A stretch of DNA of 58,161 nucleotides, from contig NC_057718.1 of NCBI RefSeq assembly GCF_004010195.1, positions 46,792,878 through 46,851,038 of the forward strand. Reading direction: 5' to 3'. Origin of the DNA: Chiloscyllium plagiosum (Eukaryota). Positions 37,778 through 49,639 of the stretch are shown here, piece by piece; position 1 is the first letter of the stretch; every line of letters starts with the position of its first letter. Made by a program: the position numbers and the translations under genes. Below the pieces are notes generated by a model that did no database searches, had not been told where the DNA came from, and saw only the letters and a program-made list of their open reading frames with translations.

Positions 37778-39509
37778 TAATCTCACTGCTGAATGCGGAT
37801 TACAAAATTCTGTCAAAGGTAATCGCCAACCGGGTCAGGTCTGCTCTGGGGTCGGTGATTCACCCTGACCAAACCTGTGCTGTACCAGGCAGGAAGATCG
37901 CTGAGAGTCTCGCACTCCTCAGGGAAACGATCGCCTATGTGCAGGACAGGGGGGTGGACACCTGCCTGATCAGCCTGGACCAGGAGAAAGCCTTTGACAG
38001 GATATCACACAGGTATATGAGAGATGTTCTCTCCAAAATGGGCTTTGGGGAGGGAATCTGCAATTGGATCAGACTGCTCTACACCAACATTGTCAGTGCA
38101 GTCTCAATCAATGGGTGGGAATCAGATAGCTTCCCAGTCAGATCTGGAGTCAGGCAGGGCTGCCCCCTCTCTCCTGCCTTGTTTGTGTGCTGCATACAGC
38201 CATTTGCCGAGTCCATCANNNNNNNNNNNNNNNNNNNNNNNNNNNNNNNNNNNNNNNNNNNNNNNNNNNNNNNNNNNNNNNNNNNNNNNNNNNNNNNNNN
38301 NNNNNNNNNNNNNNNNNNNNNNNNNNNNNNNNNNNNNNNNNNNNNNNNNNNNNNNNNNNNNNNNNNNNNNNNNNNNNNNNNNNNNNNNNNNNNNNNNNNN
38401 NNNNNNNNNNNNNNNNNNNNNNNNNNNNNNNNNNNNNNNNNNNNNNNNNNNNNNNNNNNNNNNNNNNNNNNNNNNNNNNNNNNNNNNNNNNNNNNNNNNN
38501 NNNNNNNNNNNNNNNNNNNNNNNNNNNNNNNNNNNNNNNNNNNNNNNNNNNNNNNNNNNNNNNNNNNNNNNNNNNNNNNNNNNNNNNNNNNNNNNNNNNN
38601 NNNNNNNNNNNNNNNNNNNNNNNNNNNNNNNNNNNNNNNNNNNNNNNNNNNNNNNNNNNNNNNNNNNNNNNNNNNNNNNNNNNNNNNNNNNNNNNNNNNN
38701 NNNNNNNNNNNNNNNNNNNNNNNNNNNNNNNNNNNNNNNNNNNNNNNNNNNNNNNNNNNNNNNNNNNNNNNNNNNNNNNNNNNNNNNNNNNNNNNNNNNN
38801 NNNNNNNNNNNNNNNNNNNNNNNNNNNNNNNNNNNNNNNNNNNNNNNNNNNNNNNNNNNNNNNNNNNNNNNNNNNNNNNNNNNNNNNNNNNNNNNNNNNN
38901 NNNNNNNNNNNNNNNNNNNNNNNNNNNNNNNNNNNNNNNNNNNNNNNNNNNNNNNNNNNNNNNNNNNNNNNNNNNNNNNNNNNNNNNNNNNNNNNNNNNN
39001 NNNNNNNNNNNNNNNNNNNNNNNNNNNNNNNNNNNNNNNNNNNNNNNNNNNNNNNNNNNNNNNNNNNNNNNNNNNNNNNNNNNNNNNNNNNNNNNNNNNN
39101 NNNNNNNNNNNNNNNNNNNNNNNNNNNNNNNNNNNNNNNNNNNNNNNNNNNNNNNNNNNNNNNNNNNNNNNNNNNNNNNNNNNTTGCAGACTGGCACATT
39201 CCATGGTCCAGGACTACGTGTTGAGGGACGCGCTGAAGCTTGGGGCAGCTGCCGCCAAGGCGCAGTGGGGAAAGACCACCGTGTAACATCTGCCTGCCTA
39301 AGAAGAACAGGGGGCCCACGCAGTCATTTGGGCTCTGCTGATGCCTCAGCTAAATATATGGATATATGATTGATAAACGTACAGACCTGTACATACAAAT
39401 GATAAATTCTGATCTCTGTATGTAAATGTTTATGTATGTATGGCATGACCAACTGTACAGACCATCAAATTATTTTATGAATAAAGTATATTTTTGAAAT
39501 AAAAAAAAA
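37778..39509 (+). mobile_element. 5'-truncated young Tx1-clade LINE spanning an assembly gap
   Basis: Open RT frame ISLLNADYKILSKVIANR...IHPDQTCAVPGRKI...SLDQEKAFDR...GVRQGCPLSP. After the gap come the C-terminus, 3' UTR, AATAAA and poly-A. Confidence 0.85.
38219..39183. other. Assembly gap (N run)
   Basis: Continuous N bases. All X-rich ORFs here are artefacts. Confidence 1.
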
Positions 39510-41056
39510 CTGTGGAGACTGAGAGTCTCAAACACCCAGGAGCAATACGAGTGTAATGTTGTAAATAGTTGTGCCTTAAGTGTCTACGTAGTTCAAAGAC
39601 AGCTGATTAGTATTTTTTCCTGGAAAAACGGTTTGTGTAATTAACATAACTTTGGAAAAACAATGCAGAGGAAGCCACTGTAAAGATCAGACTGCAGGCT
39701 TTCCTAGAATATCACTGAACACAACACACAGTGGTTTATACTTGTCTGCACCTGAGAGCGAGGCATCAGCTAGAGCCCAAAAATAGTCTCTATGGTTTGC
39801 CGCATGGCAATTTGGACGGAAACTCATACTCAGATTGAAAATACTAAAATTGCGGGGAGATAAAACATTTTGGAAGAGCTGCCCACAGGTGCTTTCAGAA
39901 AAAAAAAACCTCATGATGAAAGAAAGTCCCAAGATGGTAAATTACCAGGTTGAGAAAAGAACATAAATAAACAGAATCACTTTGGATTAGTTCTGGGAAA
40001 ACTGAATGTTTTCATTCATATGGAACATTGAAAAGTATATCTCTGAAGTGTTTTTTTTTAAAGTTAGGCTAGGAATAAGGAGAAAGGTATTCCATCCTGT
40101 GGTTTAAAATATTAAGGAGTATTATAAAGGTAGTTTTCAGCTAATCATCTTTTTATGTTAAAAAATACACACCAGGTTATCGTCCAACAGGTATATTTAG
40201 AAGCACTAGCAAAGATTTTTAACTTTGTGCACCCCAGTCCAACACCTGCTCCTCCACATCATAGCTACCATCTTTTTGCAGTCATTTGTTGTAGATATTT
40301 TAAAACGTGAAACCTTGACATGTCATTCTTTCAGCTACTGAATGGAAGGTTGAACTCCTTTTTAAAAATAGGCAGTCCCTAGAGGGAGCGTAACAATGAT
40401 TAAATGTTAGAAGAGGGCAATGCAAGGTTAGTTATGGGAGAATTAGTCCAGTGCAGTGCTCTTTTATCATGTGCTGTTGTATTGGTTGCTATAAGACAAC
40501 ACTTCAGAATGATTAGAGGCTGTCATTGTTGAGCTGCTGATGATAACATCAATGTCATTCCACAGAATAGACATGTTGTTCATCAGGACACGACGACTGG
40601 CATTGACACTGTGTTCTTTGGGCGACAGCTAATAACCATTCAGGTGACTGATTGTTATTCCTATCAGCTGGAGGAGTCAGCTGTGTTTCGCCTGCAGAGA
40701 ATCTCAAGCAGTTCCCAATGCAAATATGTTACTATGGTTACAGACTGCCCTCTCTGCTGCACCACACTGATTATTTTGGCCTGTCGCTGTCATACTTTTC
40801 TTGTGCTGCCTTGGTTGATCTTCCTATTTTCTATCTTGACTCCTCCTCTTCTGAATCTGGTCCTTTTGGCTCCACTATGTTAAGCTGTGGTATCTCGGCC
40901 ACATTCTCATTCTTCATGTATGAGCTCCAATTGTTGGAAAACATTCAATGGTGGCCAGATGATGGATATAAATTTACTGTACAATTTTATTTCATCCATT
41001 GTCCTGGCTGCTAGTCAGCTGCCTTCTTGAACTGCTACAATCCATCAGGTGTAACC

Positions 41057-41413
41057 CTTCTTCAGGACTGGGGTTGGATGTAACAGCAGCTGCGGATAAA
41101 GGGGTGGTGAGGGCAGAGTGGTGAAGTAGGGATAGGTGAAGACAGGCAGAGGGTACAACCTGGTTGGTCAATGGGAGAAATGAATCTGGTTGGTGGCAGG
41201 GAGGAGTGAAAGGTAAGGGGAGGAGCTAAGAAGGGAGTTGGGGGAAGAGAAAGGAGGTTATTTGAAAATGGAGAACTCTGCATTTTTTGTGTCAGGTGCA
41301 GGTACACTCATAGTTCAGGAATGTGATGAAGAGCTTATGCTCGAAACGTCGATTCTCCTGCTTCTCAGATGCTGCCTGACCAGCTGTGCTTTTCCAGCAC
41401 CACACTTTTTGAC
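41057..41413. mobile_element. Penelope-like 3' fragment (minus, about 41057-41280) and short terminus copy (plus, about 41318-41413) with hammerhead motif at 41323-41350
   Basis: gTGATGA-A-GAGC-ttat-GCTC-GAAA-CGTC-gatt, with a compensatory GAGC/GCTC stem II and the first core base altered. Confidence 0.7.
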
Positions 41414-42598
41414 TGCTTCTTGAATGCTGCTATTGTGTCTGCTTCCACCACCTCCTCTGGCTGCATGTTCCAGGCACTCACCACCCTTTGTGAGGAAAAT
41501 TTGCCTCACAGATCACTTTTAAACCTCCCCTCCCAATACCTTGAATCTGTGCGTCCCTAGTAATTGACTCCTCAACTCTAAAAAAAGTCTCATACTTTCC
41601 ACTTTATCCTGCCATTCACAATCTTCCAAACTTCTACCAGATCACTCTCAACCTCCTGTGTTACACTGAAAACAAACCCAGTCTACTCAACATTTCTTTG
41701 CAGATAAAATTCCCCATACCAGGCAACATCCTGGTAAACCTTTTCTGTACCCTCTCCAAAACATCCATAACTGTACGTAATACTCCAAGTGTGACCTGAC
41801 TAAAGTTTATAAAGTTGCAGCATAACTTGTCTATTCTTCTACTCAATGCCCGTTTCAATGAAGGAAAGCATGTCATAGGCCTTTTTTACTACTTTACCTA
41901 ACTGCATGGCCACCTTCAGTGATATATGGACCCGTACACCCAGATTCCTCTACATATCAATACTCCTAACAGTTCTGCCATTCACTGTATAACTTCCACT
42001 TGTACTTGACCTTCCAGAATGCATCTCCTCACATTGTCTGGATTAAACTCCATCTGCCACTTTCGGCCCATGCCTCCAACTGATCTGTAACCTGCTGTAT
42101 CCTCTGACAACCCTCCTCATTATCCACAACTCTACCAATCATTTTCCTCCAAATCATTTATGTAGATCACGAATAGCAAAGGTCCCAGCACTAATCCCTG
42201 TGGAACACCACTAGTCACAGCCCTCCATTCCAAAAAGCATCTTTCCACTGCTACCCTCTATCTCCTACGACTAAGCCAGTTCTATGTCCATCTTGCCAGT
42301 TCACCTCTGATAACATGTGACTTCACCTTTTGTACCAGTCTGCCAGGAAAGACCTCGTCAAAAGCTTTACTGAAGTCCATGTAGACAACATCCATCACTT
42401 GTCCCTCATCTTCGTCACCTCCTCAAAAAACTCTATCAAGTTAGTGAGGCACGGCCTTCCCCCATACAAAACCAGTTGTTCTATTACTTATAAATCCATT
42501 TGCTTCTAAATGTGTATGGATCTTGTCCCTGAGAAACTTTTCCAGTAATTTTTCTCCCATCACCATGAGGCTCACAGGCCTGTAATTTCCTGGATTAA
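41414..42598 (-). mobile_element. CR1-type LINE RT fragment
   Basis: NPGNYRPVSL and LERVQKRFTRMLPG motifs (ORFs 42441-42638 and 41661-41876). Confidence 0.8.
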
Positions 42599-43529
42599 AA
42601 CTTATTGAAATCATGAACGTTACATGGATGTTCTTCAAATTTAAATTTCACTTGCAAATATTTCACATTACATTCACATTTACTGGCGTCATTATTAACT
42701 GTTGAGACTTAGAGAGCGAAATGCACAGGAATGCCTCATGACTGGGATATTTTGTTGGCTATAGCAGAGTTATGGCTATGTTTGGTAGAAGAGGCAATGG
42801 TGGGTTTTTGCATTCACTCTTTACTGGACATCCATGTTAATGTCAACTATCGTGTTTGTCACTCTGTGGAACGTGACTGTGTTTGTATAGGCTCAGTTAA
42901 CCATTCCATGAATGGTGTAGGATATTGTGCGAGATGATTCTCGGTGAGGATAAATGAGATAATGTAAGTAAACACAAAACTCTGTAAGGAGTCTGCCAAT
43001 TAACACTGAGATGGACCCACATGTAGAAAACACCCTCATTTCCATACCTTGACTTACTGTTTCCTACACTCCAATCAAAAGCAGGACTCCAGGTTCTTTC
43101 ATCCAACACTGTCTCTGTGATCCCCGCTCTCTGTACTTGCTTAGATCCTACTTCAATTCTGCCATGCCCCTACTCCTTCTCCATATACCACTTGTCATGA
43201 ACTCACCCTTGCCTATCCCAAGCCTCCATGCAAATTACCATTCCCCTGTTCCATCACAGGCCTCAGATACAACAGCATGAAGCTGACTCATACACACCAC
43301 CTTTAAACAAAGGAGAACCAGGGGCAACAAAACTCTTGCGTGCCACTGATTTTTACTGGAAGTTAGTCAGAATTTCAACATTCTTATGCTCATGCTCACA
43401 ACAAACAAATATCTTACGAGGGAGCTCACCCAGGATAGTCCAAGGCTCAACACACCTCAAACATGACATCATCTTAATCACATCTTAATCCAATAAACCC
43501 CCAAACCCATCTTAAACACATCTTAATTA

Positions 43530-43605
43530 GTGGGCGGCACGGTGGCCCAGTGGTTAGCACTGCTGCCTCACAGCGCCTGTAGACCCGGGTTCAATTCCCG
43601 ACTCA
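43530..43605 (+). mobile_element. Isolated tRNA-derived SINE head (HE1-like) with Pol III A and B boxes
   Basis: GGGCGGCACGG-TGGCCCAGTGG-TTAGCACTGCTGCCTCACAGCGCC...GGTTCAATTCC. The body and tail are missing. Confidence 0.75.
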
Positions 43606-44230
43606 GCACACGCCAACGTAACCCACTCTTACAAACTCCAATAAACCCCCAAACCCACAACATCTGACAGCTTGATTACTTTCTCCACAGGGGTCAGATT
43701 ATTTCTAGCAGTTTCTGTCTTGACTTGATATTATCAATTGTATGCTAATTGACCTCCACCTTGTGATTACTGAACAATTAAGCTTTATGGCTTCTGAAGA
43801 CCTGCAGCTCTATCTCAATCCAATATATCCTAAACAGACTGTTTTTTTATCATTGCCATTCAACTTGACATAATAATCAGGCTCAAATCTTCCATCTACT
43901 CGTGACACCTTGCTTTCTAATGGATCCATGGCGCTTCCTGTCGTTCTCTGCATGCAAGTTCTTTCCTGTATTACTTGGGGTTTGATGTGGAAGGTCATAT
44001 CGATCAGGCTTCTATGTGATGTTCGGAACAGAAACACAAAGAGCTGGAAATGTTCTGCTGCTCTGGCAGCATCTGTGAAGAGAAAAACAGCGTTTATGTC
44101 GCGAGTCAAATGCAACTCTTGTTCAGTGCAATGGCTTTTGGAGCCTGGACGAGGGTATGCTCTTACTGGGCGAGAGGAGTTGTGGCACCTATCTGAAAGA
44201 CCACCATCCCACCTCAGTCTGCAGCTCCAG

Positions 44231-44397
44231 CTAACCTGGACATGTTTGGACTTTGGAAGGAAACCGGAGGCGCCTGGTAGAAATTCACACAGACACAGGG
44301 AGAATGTGCAAACTCCACACTGACACTCGCCTGAGGTTTGAAATGAATCTAAGTCCCTGGTGCTGTGGGGCAGCAGTACTTACAACTGTGCCACCCA
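44231..44397 (-). mobile_element. HE1-like V-SINE fragment
   Basis: The minus strand has a tRNA head GGGTGGCACAG..., then GTGTGGAGTTTGCACATTCTCCCTGTGTCTGTGTG...GGTTTCC (V-domain-like). Confidence 0.75.
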
Positions 44398-45167
44398 ATC
44401 AAGTAGACAGCTCAATTGCAGAGTCTTGTAAAAAATGCAGATGAGGTGGCTCACCCAATGATCTTAACCAGTGCCTTGATACTATCAATGTTGCCCTGGG
44501 ATAGGTCATGGACTCAACACTGGTGATATTCCAAGAGATTTGAAGTGTCTGCTGTACATTGTTTATATCTCTGACTCATATGGAAGAGCAGGAAAGACTG
44601 TAACCCTGGAGACCATAAGCTTGGTACAGGGTTTCAAGTCATTGTCATCAAACGCTCTTTTCCTCAGATGCTGTAAGGCATTGGTTAATTAAAGAAATTA
44701 CCAGGATTAATTTCCAGACCTATAGTATTAATCAAAAGAGAAGTTATTTTAAACTTCATATTAGCTTGCTTAAATCACACTTGGAATATAATGAACAGTA
44801 CTGCTCATGACAGGAAGAATTTTAGGATTCCTGAAAGTGGAAGCAGTTGTGGATTGTAAACTTCGCCAATTGCCTTTTCATCACCCTGGTGCCCACCTCA
44901 GACCTACCAGCAATTTTACAAGAACCTATCTCCCGTGAGGCCCTTATTTGGTCAATTCTAGTTGAGGGATAGTCTGGGAAGTTACCCTGCATAGGCCTCA
45001 AGACAGCAATTGGGGGTGGATTGGACATATTGGAAACGCTTCCACATGCAGGAGAAGCCAAAACACAGATGACAATCCCTCATAAATCCAAGAGAAATTT
45101 GGTAGAAAGGAGCATTTACGTAGCTGACTTCACTAACACGAAGAGTCAATGAGGTGTTTAGAATTGG

Positions 45168-45264
45168 TGTCGAAAAGTGTGGCGCTGGAAAAGCACAGCA
45201 AGTCAGGCAACATCTGAGGAGCAGCAGAATTGATGTTTTGGGCATAAGCTTTTCATCAGGAATG
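45168..45264 (-). mobile_element. Short Penelope-terminus copy with decayed hammerhead
   Basis: The minus strand reads CTGATGAAAAGCTTATGCCCAAAACATC, followed by the shared GATG.TGCCTGAC.TGCTGTGCTTTTCCAGC block. Confidence 0.7.
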
Positions 45265-45800
45265 ATTTGTGTCACTCCAGGGGAAGGACTACATTAACAG
45301 ATAAAGAGAGAAATAAAGAAATATGCCAACAGGGTTAGATGAAAAAGGGTGGGTGAAAGTTCATGCAGAACATAAGCACAAGCGAGAAATATGCGGCTAA
45401 ATGGCCTGTTTCTGAGCTTGAAATACCATCAAACAAGGCAACCGTGTAACCATATTCCAGATCCTGATAGATGTTAGTCAGTTTATATAATACTGCTCAC
45501 AATTTAAAATACAAGTTAAAAATTCAACAGAGTCAGAAGACTGATTTTTTCAACATTATGAAACTGCAAAATCATTGGCAAATCATACAGGTATTTTTCA
45601 GAATTGTAATGAATATTCATTGAGAACTCCTCCCTTGTTACTCTACAAATACGACATGAAATTTGAAGTTATCTATTATACAACTATATGCTAAATGATT
45701 TTGATGTAAATTTTGGAATCGGTCCATGTAATGCTCTTAGTGTTATTTGAGATTGTAACATAGGCCATCAGTGTAGCATTGTTACAGATTCCAATATCAG

Positions 45801-46289
45801 TGACTTTGTAAATGGCTATTTATCCTGAACATGTACATGGTGGTGACGCTGTATTCTTTGGGCTGAAAGCTAAATGACTATTATGGTGGTTAATTTTTTA
45901 CACCATGATAAACTGCAGTGAGGATCCATCATACAATAGTGAGCAATATCTTAGGGATATTTTGCATCTCTAATAAAATGCTTGTCTTTTTCCTGCTTCC
46001 TAGAAGTAGACAGTGTTGGAAAGATGTAATTATTGCTCGTCCACAGTTGGCCTGCAGAATAAAAGGAATCTGTGCGATGCAGTTGGGAGGACAGTCTGTA
46101 ACCATGGCAACATCCGGCCATTGAGAGCTGCTGCTTAATATTCTCAGGTGCCTGCAGCCCCAACATAACTCGCGCCTATACCTGATCGGCAAAAAAATTA
46201 ACCACCATAATAGTCATTTAGCTTTCAGCCAAAGAACACAATGTCACCAGCACATACATGTTCAGAATAAATAGCCATTTACAAAGACA
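45801..46289. repeat. Inverted repeat of about 99 bp (45801-45899 / 46192-46289) with a spacer of about 290 bp
   Basis: The arms are about 90% identical by eye and include a perfect GGCTGAAAGCTAAATGACTATTATGGTGGTTAATTTTTT stretch. Confidence 0.9.
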
Positions 46290-47402
46290 AGGTTAGATCT
46301 CATGGAATATAGCGAGATCGAGCCATTTGGATACAGATCTAGCTTTAAGGTAGAAGATAGAGGGTGGTGGTGGAGGGTTGTTTTTCAGACTGGAGGCCTG
46401 TGACCAGTGGAGTGCCACAAGGATCGGTGCTGGGTCCTCTACTTTTTGTCATTTACATAAATGATTTGGATGTGAGCATAAGAGGTATAGTTAGTAAATT
46501 TGCAGATGACACCAAAATTGGAGGTGCAGTGGACAGCGAAGAGGGTTACCTCAGATTACAATGGGATCTTGATCAGATGGGCTGAGAAGTGGCAGATGGA
46601 GTTTAATTCAGATCAATGCGAGGTGCTGCATTTTGGGAAAGTAAATCTTAGCAGGACTTATACACTTAATGGCAAGGTCCTAGGGAGTGTTGCTGAACAA
46701 AGAGACCTTGGAGTGCAGGTTCATAGCTCCTTGAAAGTGGAGTCACAGGTAGATAGGATAGTGAAGAAGGCATTTGATATGCTTTCCTTTATTGGTCAGA
46801 GTACTGAGTACAGGAGTTGGGAGGTCATGTTGCAGCTGTACAGGACATTGGTTAGGCCACTTTTCAAATATTCAAACATCCTATTGGAAAGATGTTGTGA
46901 AACTTGAAAGGGTTCAGAAAAGATTTACAAGAATGTTGCCAGGGTTGGAGGATTTGAGTTATAAGGAGAGGCTGAACAGGCTGGGGCTGTTTTCCCTGGA
47001 GCGTCGGAGGCTGAGGAGTGATCTTATAGAGGTTTATAAAATCACAAGGGGAATGAATAGGATAAATAGAAAAAGTCTCTTCCCCGCCGTGGGGGAGTTC
47101 AGTACCAGTTGGCATAGGTTTAAGGTGAGAGGGGAAACATACAAAAGAGACCTAAGGGGCAACTTTTTCACAGAGAGAGTGATACGTGTATGGAATGAGC
47201 TGCCAGAGGATGTGGTGGAGGCTGGTACAATTGCAACGTTTAAAAGGCATCTGGATGGGTATGTGAATAGGAAGGGTTTGGAGGGATATGGGCCGGGTGC
47301 TGGCAGGTGAGAGTAGATTGGGTTGGGATATCTGGTCAGGCTGGACGAGTTGGACCGAAGGGTCTGTTTCCATGTTGTACATCTCTATGACTCTATGACT
47401 CT
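46288..47402 (+). mobile_element. CR1/HER1 LINE 3' 1.1 kb (young)
   Basis: [22 protein letters not shown]...KFADDTKIGG through to the C-terminus, ending in a CTCTATGACTCTATGACTCT tail. Confidence 0.92.
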
Positions 47403-48127
47403 CAGGCTCTGAAAATTAAGCATTATTAATGTGGAGCATCCTTTCCTCAGGTTTTAATTGTTGTCAGGGATTTTAAAAATGGTTTAAAAAAACCCACTTC
47501 TTTTACTACTTGTATGTTGCTTTTAATCCAATGGGCACTCTGTTGTCCTGTCATATAATTTCTTTTGATAGTTTGAAAGCTGGCATTTTTCTTCATAGAG
47601 TGCAAGATGAACAACTACTGAAACATGTTTTCAGCAAAATACACTCCTTCCCTCTTTATTTCTCTTCCTGTACTTGCTGTAATGTTGAAGTCACTCATCC
47701 TAGTTTAGTTTTGTTTCCTGGCCACTGTACTGATAATTTCAAATTTCTGCAATCTGATTGGTTAAGGAGCTGTACAGTTGGTTTCTGCTGGCTGAGGATG
47801 TGGATCCCTGGTTTCTCTCTGTGATGGTACTTGCTCACATTTGTAGCACCAAGTAAAATTGCAATCAAACAAGCTAAATCTAACTAATTGTGGATGTCAT
47901 TCATTCACCTCAATCCCCAGCTGATTCCCAAATCTGTATCTGGAGATGTTGACTTTCACTTAGTGGGCCAGATTCCATATGTTTCACAGCATTCTGCAAG
48001 TTGTGGCTGCAGGGAATTGTAACCTAGGTCACAGCCTCTTCCTGACATGCACACTTTGGCTGGCCAAGAGACTCTGAGGAATCTGACGTGTCTGCCTTTC
48101 AGGCTAACTTGCAAACCTTCTGTCACA

Positions 48128-49046
48128 GATTAGAGTGGTGCTGGAAAAGCACAGCAGGTCAGGCAGCATCCGAGGAGTAGGAAAATCGACATTTCGGGCA
48201 TAAGCCCTTCATCAGGACTGAAGGCAGGGAGCCTCCAGGGTGGAGAGATAAATGGGAGGGGGTGGGCTGGGGAGAACGTAGCAAAGAGTACAATCGGTGG
48301 ATGGGGGTGGGGATGAAGGTGATAGGTCACAGAGGAAGGTGGAGTAGATAGGTGGGAAGGAAGATTGGCAGATAGGCTAGGTCATGAGGATGGTGCTGAG
48401 CTGGAAGGTTGGAACTGGGGTAAGGTGGGGGGAGGGGAAATGAGGAAACTGGTGAAGTCCACATTGATGGGAAAAAAGTGAGGACTGCAGATGCTGGAGA
48501 TCAGAGCTTAAAAATGTGTTGCTGGAAAAGTGCAGCAGGTCAGGCAGCATCAAAGGAGCAGGAGAATCGACGTTTTGGGCATAATTCATTCCTGAAGAAG
48601 GGCTTATGCCCGAAATGTCAATTCTCCTGCTCCTTTGATGCTGCCTGACCTGCTGCGCTTTTCCAGCAACACATTTTTAAGTCCACATTGATGCCCTGGG
48701 GTTGAAGTGTTCCGAGGCGGAAGATGAGGGGATGAAGATGATAGGTCAGAGAGGCCAGCCCCATCCACCTATTGTACTCTTTGCTACCTTCGCCCCTCTC
48801 TGACCTTTCACCTTAACCCCACCCCATACACCTATTGTACTCTTTGCTACCTTCTCCCCTGCCACAACCCCCTCCTATTTATCTCTCCACCCTGGAGGCT
48901 CCCTGCCTTCAGTCCTGTTGAAGGGCGTTTGCCCGAAACATCGATTTTCCTACTCCAAAGAATGCTGCCTGACCTGCTGTGCTTTTCCAGCACCACTCTA
49001 ATCTAGACTCTGATTTCCAGCATCTGCCGTCCTCACTATTGCCTAC
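48128..49046. mobile_element. Inverted Penelope-like element with 12-bp TSD (similar to 1-655)
   Basis: CCTTCTGTCACA at 48116-48127 and 49047-49058. The termini are opposed, with hammerhead motifs at 48188-48215 (minus) and about 48915-48942 (plus, core mutated). Confidence 0.8.
48470..48678. mobile_element. Fold-back Penelope-terminus mini-element nested in 48128-49046, 15-bp TSD
   Basis: AAGTCCACATTGATG at 48455-48469 and 48679-48693. Hammerhead CTGAAGA-A-GGGC-ttat-GCCC-GAAA-TGTC at 48592-48619. Confidence 0.85.
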
Positions 49047-49639
49047 CCTTCTGTCACATCCATCCATACACACGGCGCAAATGCACCAGGAAGGCCAGAG
49101 ATTTTTGGCCCATTGTATCCTGATGCAGATAAAATACTTGAATATGTACAATTATGGTAAACTGAAAATGTAAAGCCTTAAGAATGCATGGTCTCTCACA
49201 TATTCCGCCAGCAAACTGTGGAATGTACATCTTCAAGAAAGTAATGCTCAAAGCATTCACTGCCTCCCCCCAGAATAAATGATTTAATTATATTTCCGCA
49301 GTAAAATGTAGTATGTGTTTAATCAAAACTGAGGAACTGCAAAGTACCAGCTAATCATCAGTTCAAGAGATGTAAATGCACCACATATTTTAAAATAACA
49401 CTGATGCAATTTACAAGCAGACAAACTAACTGTTCCCTTATTTCACTCAAAAAGACTAACACTTGAATTTTGAGAAGAGTGATCATACATTATAAAGCTG
49501 TGGTATATCCACATTAAAATATTAATGAACAACTGTCTAATGTATCGTGTATTGAGTGAACCTTCTTCTTAAGAGAAATTAACACAGTACCCAGTCAAAT
49601 ACAAAATCACAAAATACTGGATCAGTAAGCTTTGCATGG

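Noticed and set aside
37855..39369. Long 345-504 aa ORFs
   Set aside because: They are inflated by the N gap. The real part is Tx1 reverse transcriptase.
43052..43110. Strong U2 donor (GTAAGTC, minus strand) suggesting another exon; similar case near 36004-36010
   Set aside because: The upstream frames show no vasohibin similarity and there is no transcript evidence.
43530..43605. tRNA gene
   Set aside because: It has A and B boxes but matches the SINE head also seen at 44231-44397, with no convincing acceptor stem or terminator.
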